Notes under the pieces: model-generated
Seen by the model: the letters and a program-made list of their open reading frames with translations, nothing else
Databases searched by the model: none
Told to the model about the DNA's origin: nothing
Shown here: one piece after another, positions 8,593 to 18,283 of the stretch
Position numbering within the stretch: the stretch's first letter is position 1
How the letters are laid out: each line of letters begins with the position of its first letter
Position numbers and translations under genes: made by a program
From: Sediminibacterium sp.
GTDB taxonomy: Bacteria; Bacteroidota; Bacteroidia; Chitinophagales; Chitinophagaceae
Assembly (NCBI RefSeq): GCF_019264485.1
Contig: NZ_JAHVAA010000003.1
Coordinates: forward strand, 2,355 to 66,354
Direction of reading: 5' to 3'
Length of the DNA: 64,000 bases

Positions 8593-9909
8593 TTACCTGA
8601 TTTTGATCAGTTGTACCACTTTTCTTTCTCTTCCCTGAACCAGTTCAGCATAATAAGTGCCGGGGTTCAGGCGATGTCCTACCTGAACGGTACTGTTAGC
8701 GTTCAGATTATTTCTGCTTTCAAGAGCTCGACCTGTAACATCAATAATGCGAAGTTGAACTGGTGCTTCTGTTTTACCTGAAATTTTCAGTGTAAAGAAT
8801 GTACGGCTTGGGTTTGGCATTACTGTTACATTTAATAAACCGGTAGTTTCAGTAGCAGGTTTTTCTTCTGCTATGATCTTACTGCTTATTACAGGCTGGT
8901 TATTACTAGCAGCCACAGTATTAACAGTGCAATTGTTATTGTTCCATGTAATATTGCCACCCTTGCTTTCTACCTGTTCTGCAATAAACAATCCTGTCAT
9001 GTAAATAGCTGAAGTATTGCTGTTCCATTTTCCATGACCCTTGTTTTCAGCAGTTACTTTCAGTTTGCCGTTTGGCATATACACGTTTGCATTTACACGT
9101 ACATCTTCACCTTTCACCTGGAATTTTTCATCATCGCATTTGGTATCACCCATGTAGAAAGTTACTTTATGGTTATCAGGGTTTAGTATCACGCGATTGC
9201 CAATACTTACTTTCTTACTTACCTTAAGTTGAGTGCCGCCATTGAACCTGATATTGCTGTAGGCTGTTTTACCGCCTTCTTCAACGATCAATTCTTCAAT
9301 GCTCACTGCAGCGGCAGTAAAGCGGATGTTAGCGCCTTTATCTGCTTTAATTACTCCGAAAACAGTACCATTTAGCGTAACTGTTGCATTTTCTTTGATA
9401 GTAATGTCATTATAATTACCACTTAATGTAACCGTCGTATTCTTCTGAACAGAAGTGTTTGGAAGGTTACGCGTGTTACTGGTATTATAGAACATGGTTG
9501 GTAAACTTACTGTTGCTGAACCATAAATTTTGTTCGGGATATTGATGCCCGATCCATCGAGGTCAATTCTTGGTGCTTTTACAAATGCGCCTGGGGCAGC
9601 TACAGAACTGTTTTTGTCAAAGGAAGCCTCGCCTCGTCTGTTCATTACACCTACACTACCACCAGCAACTGTATTCGATTCACCCAGTTTTACTTCTTCA
9701 TAAGCAAGTATGGTATAATTGCTTACAAGGTTTTGTTTCTGATAGGTGAACGATGTGTTGTTGGCACTACTGCAACCTGCTGCATCGGTAATAGTGAGTG
9801 AGTAGGCCCCATCTCCATTGCTAAGACCAAGGTTCAGTTGGGAACCAGTGCCTACAACAGTATTGTTATAGAACCATTTGTAGCTATAGTTGCCACTGTT
9901 TCCAGACAA
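8593..9909 (-). CDS. C-terminal fragment of the giant surface protein: Ig-like module, beta-helix-like region, T9SS C-terminal sorting domain
   Basis: T9SS CTD 'VMPNPSRTFFTL...PGTYYAELVQG...VQLIKIR'. No signal peptide, and the only available start is TTG. It is in the same frame as 10183..15135 (see findings). Confidence 0.6.
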   Translation of the reverse strand: MSGNSGNYSYKWFYNNTVVGTGSQLNLGLSNGDGAYSLTITDAAGCSSANNTSFTYQKQNLVSNYTILAYEEVKLGESNTVAGGSVGVMNRRGEASFDKNSSVAAPGAFVKAPRIDLDGSGINIPNKIYGSATVSLPTMFYNTSNTRNLPNTSVQKNTTVTLSGNYNDITIKENATVTLNGTVFGVIKADKGANIRFTAAAVSIEELIVEEGGKTAYSNIRFNGGTQLKVSKKVSIGNRVILNPDNHKVTFYMGDTKCDDEKFQVKGEDVRVNANVYMPNGKLKVTAENKGHGKWNSNTSAIYMTGLFIAEQVESKGGNITWNNNNCTVNTVAASNNQPVISSKIIAEEKPATETTGLLNVTVMPNPSRTFFTLKISGKTEAPVQLRIIDVTGRALESRNNLNANSTVQVGHRLNPGTYYAELVQGRERKVVQLIKIR

Positions 9910-10182
9910 TACAAACTGGTTACAGAAAGCATCAGGATTGCTGCTTGTAATGATTGCTGTTGGCGGAGTTGTAATTGTTACCGTGAAACTACAGGTATTG
10001 CTGTTGCCGTTTATATCTGTAACAGTTAATGTAATATTTGATACACCATTGTTGAAAACACCACTGATATTACCTCCACTTCCACTGCGAGTAGTAGCGC
10101 CTGTTATAGTGTAAACAATGCTAGCAATTCCGCAATTATCAGAAAAGCCAATTACTGGAACTGTATATTGGTTGTTGGCCGA

Positions 10183-10185
10183 CTA
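10183..10185 (-). other. in-frame TAG interrupting one long reading frame (8593..15135)
   Basis: Plus strand reads cta, which is TAG on minus. The frame stays open on both sides. Confidence 0.9.
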
Positions 10186-13100
10186 ACAGAATGAGAGATT
10201 GGCAGCACATGCAATTTGTGGAGCCTGGTTATCTGTTACTTGTACAATTTGAGTTGCGATACGAACATTACCGTTTACATCTGTAACCGTCCAGGTAATG
10301 GTTGTTGAGCCGGTTGGGAAAGCATCTGTTAATGGCAAACCATCGTTCCTTACTCCTGTAATGGTAGCAATACCACAATTGTCGTTTGTCTCAGGTTGAG
10401 TAATGCTGATGAATGCATCGCATCTGCCAGCCTGAGCAGACATGGATATTGCATTTACAACTACAACAGGCGGCTGGTTATCAATAACAGTTACTTCTTG
10501 TTTGGCCGTATCGGTAATATTGCCATGAATATCTGTTACTGTCCAGGTAACAATCGTAGTTCCAACCGGGAACTGTGCCGGTGCGTTATTGGTAACAGAT
10601 GCAATACCACAATTGTCTGCTACTGTTGCTGAACCAAGCGAGCTAATAGTGCCATAACAAACGCCATTATCGCTTACAATACTCACTGCTGCCGGAGCCT
10701 GAATGGTTGGTTTTTGGTTGTCTGTAACCGTAATCAACTGCTCTTTAGTATTGCTATTGCCATAAGTATCAACGGCGGTCCAGGTAACTTTCGTTACGCC
10801 CACTGGGAAAGTTTGCGGTGCATCGCTGGTAATGGATACGATATTATTGAATCCGGTAACAACGGGTGTTGGTAATGTTGTTGTTATTGAGCATACACCG
10901 GCATCTGTAAAGAAGCCAAGATCGGTAACCGATATTGTTGGTTTGCTGAAATAACGCCAGTCATATTTCGTAATGATTGGGAAGTGATCTGATGTTGTAC
11001 TGGCGAAACCATTAATCAGTGTGAGTACATCCCTGTAAACTTTTGCGGAGTTCTGTACATATGCAATACTCATTTCACTCGATGTAATAACGTGATCAAT
11101 CATATCGGGGAAAGAAGCAGTAGAGCTATTGCCAGTTAAACTCAATGGTAATGTAACAGGCGTATAATTGGCCGCATCATTCAGGAATGAACTGTAAGAG
11201 CTTGCTGTGATGGGGGCCATCTCTGTGGTAATGGTTTTGTCGAAGTCATCATTCATATCGCCGAGTATAATAATCCGGCTGTTCGGGAAAGCAGCGTCTA
11301 ATGAATCTTTCAATTCATCAGCTCCTGCTTTTCTTCGCTGGTATCCTTCAATCTTGTCGGCGGTATTACCTGTATTGGCTTTGGCATGTATTACAATAAA
11401 ATCAACAACACTTGTAGCTCCGTTTAGTGTTACCTCAGCCTGCATCAGGAAGGGGAAACGACCGCTGGCCCAACTGTTATAGGCATTGCCGGAACTGGCC
11501 TGCAACAGGGGCCGGCTGCTCAGTTTCTTCACTACATCTTTATTGTAAATAAAACCAAGCTTCTGTGCGCCTGCATAATCAGGATCATTTACATCATCGG
11601 CATAGGAACCATAAGTATTTACAACATATCCATAATTTCCAGGCAAAGACTCCGCCAGATTTTTAAATCGTAAAGTATCAACAATTTCAACCAGCGCATA
11701 CACATCTGCTTTCAGCGTGTTGAGCACCGTTGTTACATTTTGTTGCTGCAGATCTTTGTTGTTCGGACCCAGTCCGGCTTCGGTACTGCCAAACCATTCC
11801 AGGTTCCAGTTTACCACTTTTAAGGTTCTGAGAGAAGTGCCCGTAAAACTCATACCCTGAATGATGGTGCCGTTATTGGTAATTAAGGCATTCACCTGTC
11901 CGGAATAATTCTGGTCGGCTGCCAAAGGTCTGAAACGCGCATAAATAGTTTTACGTGTATTGGCATCAGCAGCAGGTATGGTAACAGAAGAACCAAAACT
12001 GTTGCCATCCATACTTATTTCAAATCCGGTTGGGGCAGTTACACTGATATCGTCTGATACATTATAACCTTCAACAGAGAATGTTCTGTTGGCAGAAGTT
12101 TGTCCGTTCGCTATATAATCAAAATCAATATTTCCGCCACGTATGTCAACGCCGGGTGCTGCAGGTACTGCAGAGTTCGTAACATTAAAATCGTCGAGTG
12201 TCCATCTTGCAGCGTTTAAAACAGGTGATGAAGTGTACACAAAAGCGATATATACATTCGCTGTTTTATAAGCCGACAAATCGATCTGATCGCTGGTAGT
12301 CCATACATCAGACTCTGCTTCAGCAAAGCGCCCATTAATCTCAGTCCACTGAGCGAGGTTTGGATCACCAGCTCCTGTATAGTTCGAAGATACCATGAGT
12401 TTTAAGGAAGGACCTGCAAAACGAACACGTGAAGCAAAGCTCAACAGCGGGTAATCAAACCCTGATAAATCGAAGGAGGGCGAAATGAGCCAGTCTTCAT
12501 TAGTCTGGGCACCACTAACAAAACCATTGATCTGAACACCATTACCTGTTTTGCCAAATGTGGTACAACCCCATACCTGTGCACCGGTAACACTGTACTG
12601 TGTAAAGCCACCCGGCAGATTACTTACACAATCGTTGAAATTAAAACTGGTAGGAGGTGCGCCTGTACTAAAGCTCCATGTGTTGGCCGCAATCCCTGCA
12701 AAAGCGTTGCCACCCAAATCAACCAAAGCTCCTGCATCTATTGTTACGTAATAAGATTTAAATGCAGAGAGGTTGGTATTCAGACTTAACGTTTCTGCAG
12801 CAATGCTAACGGCAGGGTCATTAATAGTAAAGACCTGACTTGTGCCATTGGTTGCATTGTGTAATGTAATATTTCCTGTTCCGGGAACGATGGTTTCGTT
12901 GAATGTAACAGCAATTGAACCTGCTGGCGTAATACCTGTTGAACCTGTAGCAGGGTTATAACTGGTCACGAGCGGGGCTGTTACATCACCGGGTGTATAA
13001 CCTCTCACTACCAGGTTGTCGATGCTGATTTTAGGTCTTGACCCTGTTGATCCGCCACTGCCATTATGATAATAGAAACGCAATCTGGCATTAGGGTTAT

Positions 13101-15135
13101 TACTGAAATTAGACGGTAATGCAATACCTGCTACTGTTCCGTTAGTAGGAGCGTTATTGGTAATATTCAGCACAGCTGCTGCTGTTATTTCTGTGAAATT
13201 TACACCATCGGTACTGCTGTATATGCGAAGAGAACCTTTCCTGTCGCCGGTACTGTTGTTAACAGATGCCCAGTTAAACGCAATGGTTCCTGCATTTACA
13301 CCCGTGAAATCAAGTAAGAGATCAACAGCTACTGCGGTGGTATTATCAGCAGCACCTGTTGCCAGTAAAACAAGGCTGCCGCTGCCACGTTGTACACCAC
13401 CCGAAGATCCGCTACTGAAGCTATTGGTAGCTGTTGTAGTGCGAATGCCGTTTGGAATAGTTCCATTAGCATTTACAGCAACGGGGCCGAAATTAATGGC
13501 ACCATTATCAGATGCAAAGCCATTTGACCAGCTGGAAATATTATCGAAATTCTGTGTATAAGCCAGTGCAGCTTGTTGTGCCATGATTACAGGCCGTGCA
13601 GTTGTAATAAATGATTGCTGCGGACCATAAGCTGTGCCGCCTGCATTGGTTACAAATGCTTTTACGTAATAAATAGTATTGGCATTTAAACCATTCAGTG
13701 GGGCACTGAAATTATTGCCCGACAAGTTATTTGCTGTAACTACTATACCTGTTCCATTGGCAAAATTATTAGTGGTACTGTATTCAAATCCGTATGCAGA
13801 AGCAGGAGAACAACCTGCATTGGTAATATCACCAGCCAGTGTTGCGGTTGTTGATCCGATATTACTGATGAGTTGTGTATTTACAGAAGCAGTGCTGTTA
13901 ACACCATTACCAATCGCTGGGTAAGAAAGAGTGGTTCCACCTCCAGAGAGGTTAAAATTGTTTTGATACGACTGAACTACAACAGGTGTAAAACGAACAT
14001 ATACAGTAGTTGCGTTTAAAGTGCTGCCAGAATAATTGAGTTGAATGCTACTTCCAAAACTACCGTTGGCAGTTGCAGCAACACTAAATCCATCAGGTGC
14101 AGTAATGGTAACCGGACTTCCATCTAAATCAGTTCCATTAACGGTGAAAGAAGTATTGGTGGTGGTATTGATACATTGATTGCCAAAATCAAAACTTGCG
14201 GGGTTGACAATCAGTAAAGGATTGCCTGGTACTTCGCGTGTAACCTGTATACTGTAAGTTGATACAGTTATACCATCCTGTGCTGTTACCTGTATGGTAA
14301 TATTGTTTACACCTGTATTTAAAGCAATTGCCTGCGAAACATTTCCGTTTGCAACTGGTAAATTGTTTACAGTAATGGCTGCCAGTACGTCTGTTGCAAC
14401 AGGTGTAAGCGTAATACTATTCACTGCAGCAGGAACTGTGCTGCTGTAAGAAAAATTGTTAGATGTAAATGAAGGCGTTAAAGAACCAGCGCTTAGCGCA
14501 AGTGATGATAGCGATGATATATTGGTAGGAACGCTTGCACTAACAGAAAGTGTAAGATCATCAATACGCCAGTTGGTGGTATTGGCAGCTGGGGAACCAG
14601 TGCCGTTATAACCGTAAATCCTGAAGGTTGTAGCAGAAGAAGCACTAAAGGTTAAGCCTGTATGGCTTTTCAAACTCCATGAGCTGTTATTACTAATCGA
14701 TCCCGATACAATATCAGTGGTAAAATTATCCGCACTCGATCTTATGGTATAAGCCTGGGGAGCGGTACTAGTGCTCCTTGTACCAAAACTAATTCCATTC
14801 AATGTAAAAGTATAACCATTGGCAGGAGTAAGTGTAAATTCAAAATAAGCACTACTGTTGGCCGCCAGGTTTAATGCTCCCGTCCTTGCAGCCACACCTG
14901 CATTGCCACCTGCTGAAAAACCAGGGTAGGTACTGGAAACAGATACAGTTGTTATTAGTTCGTTGGTAGTACCATTGTTATTACCCCTGCTTATATCTGA
15001 AGCGGTAATATTTGTGGTAGTTAAAGAGGGAGAAGCGGTGGTAAAGTTCCATCCGATGCTTTGTGCCTGGGTAATAAATGATATTACAACAAGGCAAAAA
15101 ACGCCGAAGAAACGGCTCAGGTACAGTTTTCTCAT
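10183..15135 (-). CDS. giant secreted multidomain protein: cadherin-like/Ig-like modules, choice-of-anchor-J-like module, EEP nuclease domain (about 10960..11835), HYR repeats. It ends at a premature-looking TAG.
   Basis: Signal peptide 'MRKLYLSRFFGVFCLVVISFITQAQS' (ATG 15135). EEP motifs 'VNWNLEWFG', 'IILGDMNDDF' and 'TSDHFPIITKY'. HYR-like repeats such as 'FPVGVTKVTWTAVDTYGN' and 'FPVGTTIVTWTVTDIHGN'. Confidence 0.75.
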   Translation of the reverse strand: MRKLYLSRFFGVFCLVVISFITQAQSIGWNFTTASPSLTTTNITASDISRGNNNGTTNELITTVSVSSTYPGFSAGGNAGVAARTGALNLAANSSAYFEFTLTPANGYTFTLNGISFGTRSTSTAPQAYTIRSSADNFTTDIVSGSISNNSSWSLKSHTGLTFSASSATTFRIYGYNGTGSPAANTTNWRIDDLTLSVSASVPTNISSLSSLALSAGSLTPSFTSNNFSYSSTVPAAVNSITLTPVATDVLAAITVNNLPVANGNVSQAIALNTGVNNITIQVTAQDGITVSTYSIQVTREVPGNPLLIVNPASFDFGNQCINTTTNTSFTVNGTDLDGSPVTITAPDGFSVAATANGSFGSSIQLNYSGSTLNATTVYVRFTPVVVQSYQNNFNLSGGGTTLSYPAIGNGVNSTASVNTQLISNIGSTTATLAGDITNAGCSPASAYGFEYSTTNNFANGTGIVVTANNLSGNNFSAPLNGLNANTIYYVKAFVTNAGGTAYGPQQSFITTARPVIMAQQAALAYTQNFDNISSWSNGFASDNGAINFGPVAVNANGTIPNGIRTTTATNSFSSGSSGGVQRGSGSLVLLATGAADNTTAVAVDLLLDFTGVNAGTIAFNWASVNNSTGDRKGSLRIYSSTDGVNFTEITAAAVLNITNNAPTNGTVAGIALPSNFSNNPNARLRFYYHNGSGGSTGSRPKISIDNLVVRGYTPGDVTAPLVTSYNPATGSTGITPAGSIAVTFNETIVPGTGNITLHNATNGTSQVFTINDPAVSIAAETLSLNTNLSAFKSYYVTIDAGALVDLGGNAFAGIAANTWSFSTGAPPTSFNFNDCVSNLPGGFTQYSVTGAQVWGCTTFGKTGNGVQINGFVSGAQTNEDWLISPSFDLSGFDYPLLSFASRVRFAGPSLKLMVSSNYTGAGDPNLAQWTEINGRFAEAESDVWTTSDQIDLSAYKTANVYIAFVYTSSPVLNAARWTLDDFNVTNSAVPAAPGVDIRGGNIDFDYIANGQTSANRTFSVEGYNVSDDISVTAPTGFEISMDGNSFGSSVTIPAADANTRKTIYARFRPLAADQNYSGQVNALITNNGTIIQGMSFTGTSLRTLKVVNWNLEWFGSTEAGLGPNNKDLQQQNVTTVLNTLKADVYALVEIVDTLRFKNLAESLPGNYGYVVNTYGSYADDVNDPDYAGAQKLGFIYNKDVVKKLSSRPLLQASSGNAYNSWASGRFPFLMQAEVTLNGATSVVDFIVIHAKANTGNTADKIEGYQRRKAGADELKDSLDAAFPNSRIIILGDMNDDFDKTITTEMAPITASSYSSFLNDAANYTPVTLPLSLTGNSSTASFPDMIDHVITSSEMSIAYVQNSAKVYRDVLTLINGFASTTSDHFPIITKYDWRYFSKPTISVTDLGFFTDAGVCSITTTLPTPVVTGFNNIVSITSDAPQTFPVGVTKVTWTAVDTYGNSNTKEQLITVTDNQKPTIQAPAAVSIVSDNGVCYGTISSLGSATVADNCGIASVTNNAPAQFPVGTTIVTWTVTDIHGNITDTAKQEVTVIDNQPPVVVVNAISMSAQAGRCDAFISITQPETNDNCGIATITGVRNDGLPLTDAFPTGSTTITWTVTDVNGNVRIATQIVQVTDNQAPQIACAANLSFC

Positions 15136-15157
15136 GGATTTGAGTTTGTTTGGATAA

Positions 15158-15165
15158 CAAATGTA
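15158..15165 (-). promoter_or_regulatory. candidate Bacteroidota -7 box (TACATTTG) for the giant protein gene
   Basis: caaatgta on plus gives TACATTTG on minus, matching TAnnTTTG, 22 nt upstream of ATG 15135. No clear -33 TTG. Confidence 0.35.
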
Positions 15166-15301
15166 GCATTCCAACTGAAATGACATTTTTTCCCTGGATC
15201 AATTGATCATTAAATTTTATTTAGGTGGATAACTTGTCAACCTGTCAGTTTTCTCCCCTTTGGTACTTTCTTTGTTCATATGCGCTGAAAACAAGAGAAC
15301 C

Positions 15302-17155
15302 ATGCAAAAAGGCCAGATTCGTGTTCAAACGGAGAATATCTTCCCCATTATTAAGAAATTCCTTTACAGCGATCATGAAATATTCCTTCGGGAACTGGTG
15401 AGTAATGCCGTCGATGCCTGTCAGAAACTAAAAACCCTCTCGTCTATCGGAGAGGCTAAAGGCGATATCGGCGAACTTAGAATAGACGTAATACTGGATG
15501 CCAAAGAGAAAACCCTGAGTATTATTGACCGTGGTGTGGGTATGACGGGAGAAGAAGTAGATAAATATATTAACCAGGTGGCATTCAGCGGTGCCGAAGA
15601 GTTTGTAAATAAATATAAAGACGCCAGCATCATCGGGCATTTCGGATTAGGTTTCTACAGTGCTTTTATGGTGAGTGATAAAGTAGATATTCATTCAAAG
15701 AGTTTTAAAGAGGGTAGTGGTGTTTTCTGGAGTTGTGACGGTAGCCCTGAGTTTGAGTTATATGAAACCGATTATAACGAACGCGGCACCAAAATTGTGC
15801 TCCATATTAATGAAGAGAGTAACGAATTCCTGGAAGCTTCACGTATAAAAGGTATCCTCGAAAGATTCTGTAAGTTCCTGCCAGTCTCTATTTATTTTAC
15901 AGATGCAGGAGAAGAGAAAAAAGAAGATTCAGCAGAAAACCCCATCAACAATACCAATCCCATCTGGATTAAAAAACCGGCCGAACTGACGAAAGAGGAT
16001 TATGAAAAATTCTATCGTGAGTTGTATCCGTTTGGTGAAACACCATTATTCTGGATACACCTGAATGTAGACTATCCATTTAATTTAACGGGTGTCTTGT
16101 ATTTCCCCAAAATAAAACAGAGTTACGAGATACAAAAAGATAAAATACAGTTGTACTGTAACCAGGTATTTGTAACAGATGAGGTAAAAGATATTGTTCC
16201 CGAGTTCCTCATGTTACTGCATGGTGTAATCGATAGCCCGGATATTCCGCTGAATGTAAGCCGTAGCTATTTGCAGGGTGATCCGAATGTGAAAAAAATC
16301 AATGCCCATATCACTAAAAAAGTAGCGGATAAACTGGAAGAAATTTTTCGTAACGAGAGAACTTCATTTGAAGAGAAATGGGAGAGCCTGGGATTATTTG
16401 TGAAATATGGGATGATGACTGACGACAAATTCCTAGAAAAAGCGAATAAGTTTTTAGTGATGGAAGATGTAGAAGGAAAATTCCATACACTGGAAGAATA
16501 TAAAACCGCTACGGAAGTATCGCAGAAAAATAAGGAAGGCAAGCATATCATTTTATACAGTACCAACCCTGTTCAGCAGGATGCCTATATACAGGCCTGC
16601 AAACAAAAAAGATATGTGGTAGTAAAAATGGAGACCCTTGTAGATGCTGCTTTTATTAACACGATGGAGATGAAGTGGGACAATGTCAGCTTTGTAAGAG
16701 TAGATGCTGATATTGTTGATAACCTGATTGATAAACAGGAAGGAAATGATACAGTATTAAGTAACGAAGAAACGGAACAATTAAGAGAATTGTTCAACCT
16801 GAGTTTTGCTGATCTGCATGTTACAACTGAAATCAAAGGCCTTAGTCCTGAAACCGCACCTGTTATTGCCACACGCCCAGAATTTATGAGACGTATGAAA
16901 GATATGGCCGGGGTAGGTGGGGGTATGACTGCTTTTTATGCACAAATGCCAGATGAGGTAACACTTACCATCAATGGTAATCACCCCATATATCAGCAAT
17001 TATTAAAAACAGAAAATGTGCCCCTGAAAGAAAAACAGGTAAGGAACCTGGCTGATCTTGCATTGTTGTCGCAGGGACTATTAAAAGGAAACGACCTCAC
17101 AAGTTTTATCAACAGAAGTGTTGAATTACTGCAGAGCGAAACGGAAAAAGTATAA
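15302..17155 (+). CDS. htpG: molecular chaperone HtpG (Hsp90)
   Basis: 'FLYSDHEIFLRELVSNAVDA', 'GHFGLGFYSAFMV' and 'LNVSRSYLQ'. ATG at 15302. Confidence 0.95.
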   Translation: MQKGQIRVQTENIFPIIKKFLYSDHEIFLRELVSNAVDACQKLKTLSSIGEAKGDIGELRIDVILDAKEKTLSIIDRGVGMTGEEVDKYINQVAFSGAEEFVNKYKDASIIGHFGLGFYSAFMVSDKVDIHSKSFKEGSGVFWSCDGSPEFELYETDYNERGTKIVLHINEESNEFLEASRIKGILERFCKFLPVSIYFTDAGEEKKEDSAENPINNTNPIWIKKPAELTKEDYEKFYRELYPFGETPLFWIHLNVDYPFNLTGVLYFPKIKQSYEIQKDKIQLYCNQVFVTDEVKDIVPEFLMLLHGVIDSPDIPLNVSRSYLQGDPNVKKINAHITKKVADKLEEIFRNERTSFEEKWESLGLFVKYGMMTDDKFLEKANKFLVMEDVEGKFHTLEEYKTATEVSQKNKEGKHIILYSTNPVQQDAYIQACKQKRYVVVKMETLVDAAFINTMEMKWDNVSFVRVDADIVDNLIDKQEGNDTVLSNEETEQLRELFNLSFADLHVTTEIKGLSPETAPVIATRPEFMRRMKDMAGVGGGMTAFYAQMPDEVTLTINGNHPIYQQLLKTENVPLKEKQVRNLADLALLSQGLLKGNDLTSFINRSVELLQSETEKV

Positions 17156-17174
17156 ACAGTGCTATTAGAAAGAA

Positions 17175-17207
17175 AAAGCTGTTCATATAAATTGAACAGC
17201 TTTTTTT
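17175..17207 (+). terminator. rho-independent terminator after htpG
   Basis: aaagctgttca / tgaacagcttt stem followed by a T-run. Confidence 0.8.
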
Positions 17208-17260
17208 ATGCTATGGCTGCCCGAATATGAGTATTTTCATATACTCACAAAAGCGTCATT

Positions 17261-18283
17261 ATGCAGTATCGTATTCTGTCTAAAATAAAGGAAACAGAGA
17301 ATGCCGCTTCTTTTGTATTAGAGCCCGTAAACACTGTGTTGAAATACGAGGCAGGTCAGTTTGTTACACTCATATTTAATAACAGGAATAATGAAGAGGA
17401 AAGAAGAAGTTATTCAATCTCATCATCTTCCATACTTAACGAGCCGCTCACTATTACGGTAAAAAAAGTGGTAAATGGCGCATACTCAAGAAAACTGGTT
17501 GATACTGCTCAGCCAGGCGATATATTAAATGGTCTGGCTCCGGCGGGCTTTTTCACTTTGCCTTCTGCAACAGAACAGCTCCAGTTTGCTTTTTTTGCGG
17601 CCGGTAGTGGTATCACACCTGTATATGCGCAGATCAAAACATTGCTGGCAATTTATGATACTATCAAAATAGTACTGGTCTACAGTAACCGTTCTCAAAA
17701 AGACACATTGTTTTATAAGGAACTGCAATCAATGGCCGAAAAATATGCAGACAGGTTAGTTATTCAGTTTTTATTTAACGATGCATCGCATTATAGTCAT
17801 GCAAGATTAAGTGCATCGATGGTGGAGAATATAATACGTTCGCATTTTCCGGAAAGAATGCAACTGTTATGGGTTTATTTATGTGGTCCTTTTCAATACA
17901 TGCTTATGATTACAATGGTGTTGAGGGGAATGGGTATCAGGGATACACAAATCAAAAAGGAACAATTTACAATACACAAATCAGCAGCACCACAAAAACC
18001 TGTTGATACTGCGCTTCATATGGTTCATGCCATGCTTGGGCAATCGGCTTATTCATGGCAAGTACAATACCCCGATACCATTTTGCAGGCGGCAAAAAAG
18101 CAACATATCGACTTGCCCTATAATTGTGAGAGTGGTCAGTGTGGCGCATGTGCCGCTGTTTGTGTAAGCGGGAAAGTGTGGATGTATAAAAATGAGGTGC
18201 TGATGGAAGATGAAATTAAAACGGGCCGCTTTCTTACCTGTACAGCTTATCCTATAGAAGGAGATGTGCAGATTCGTTACTGA
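17261..18283 (+). CDS. ferredoxin-NAD(P) reductase-like flavoprotein with a C-terminal plant-type 2Fe-2S domain
   Basis: FAD motif 'RRSYSISS', NAD motif 'FFAAGSGITP', and 2Fe-2S 'CESGQCGACAAVCVSGKV...LTC'. Confidence 0.75.
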   Translation: MQYRILSKIKETENAASFVLEPVNTVLKYEAGQFVTLIFNNRNNEEERRSYSISSSSILNEPLTITVKKVVNGAYSRKLVDTAQPGDILNGLAPAGFFTLPSATEQLQFAFFAAGSGITPVYAQIKTLLAIYDTIKIVLVYSNRSQKDTLFYKELQSMAEKYADRLVIQFLFNDASHYSHARLSASMVENIIRSHFPERMQLLWVYLCGPFQYMLMITMVLRGMGIRDTQIKKEQFTIHKSAAPQKPVDTALHMVHAMLGQSAYSWQVQYPDTILQAAKKQHIDLPYNCESGQCGACAAVCVSGKVWMYKNEVLMEDEIKTGRFLTCTAYPIEGDVQIRY

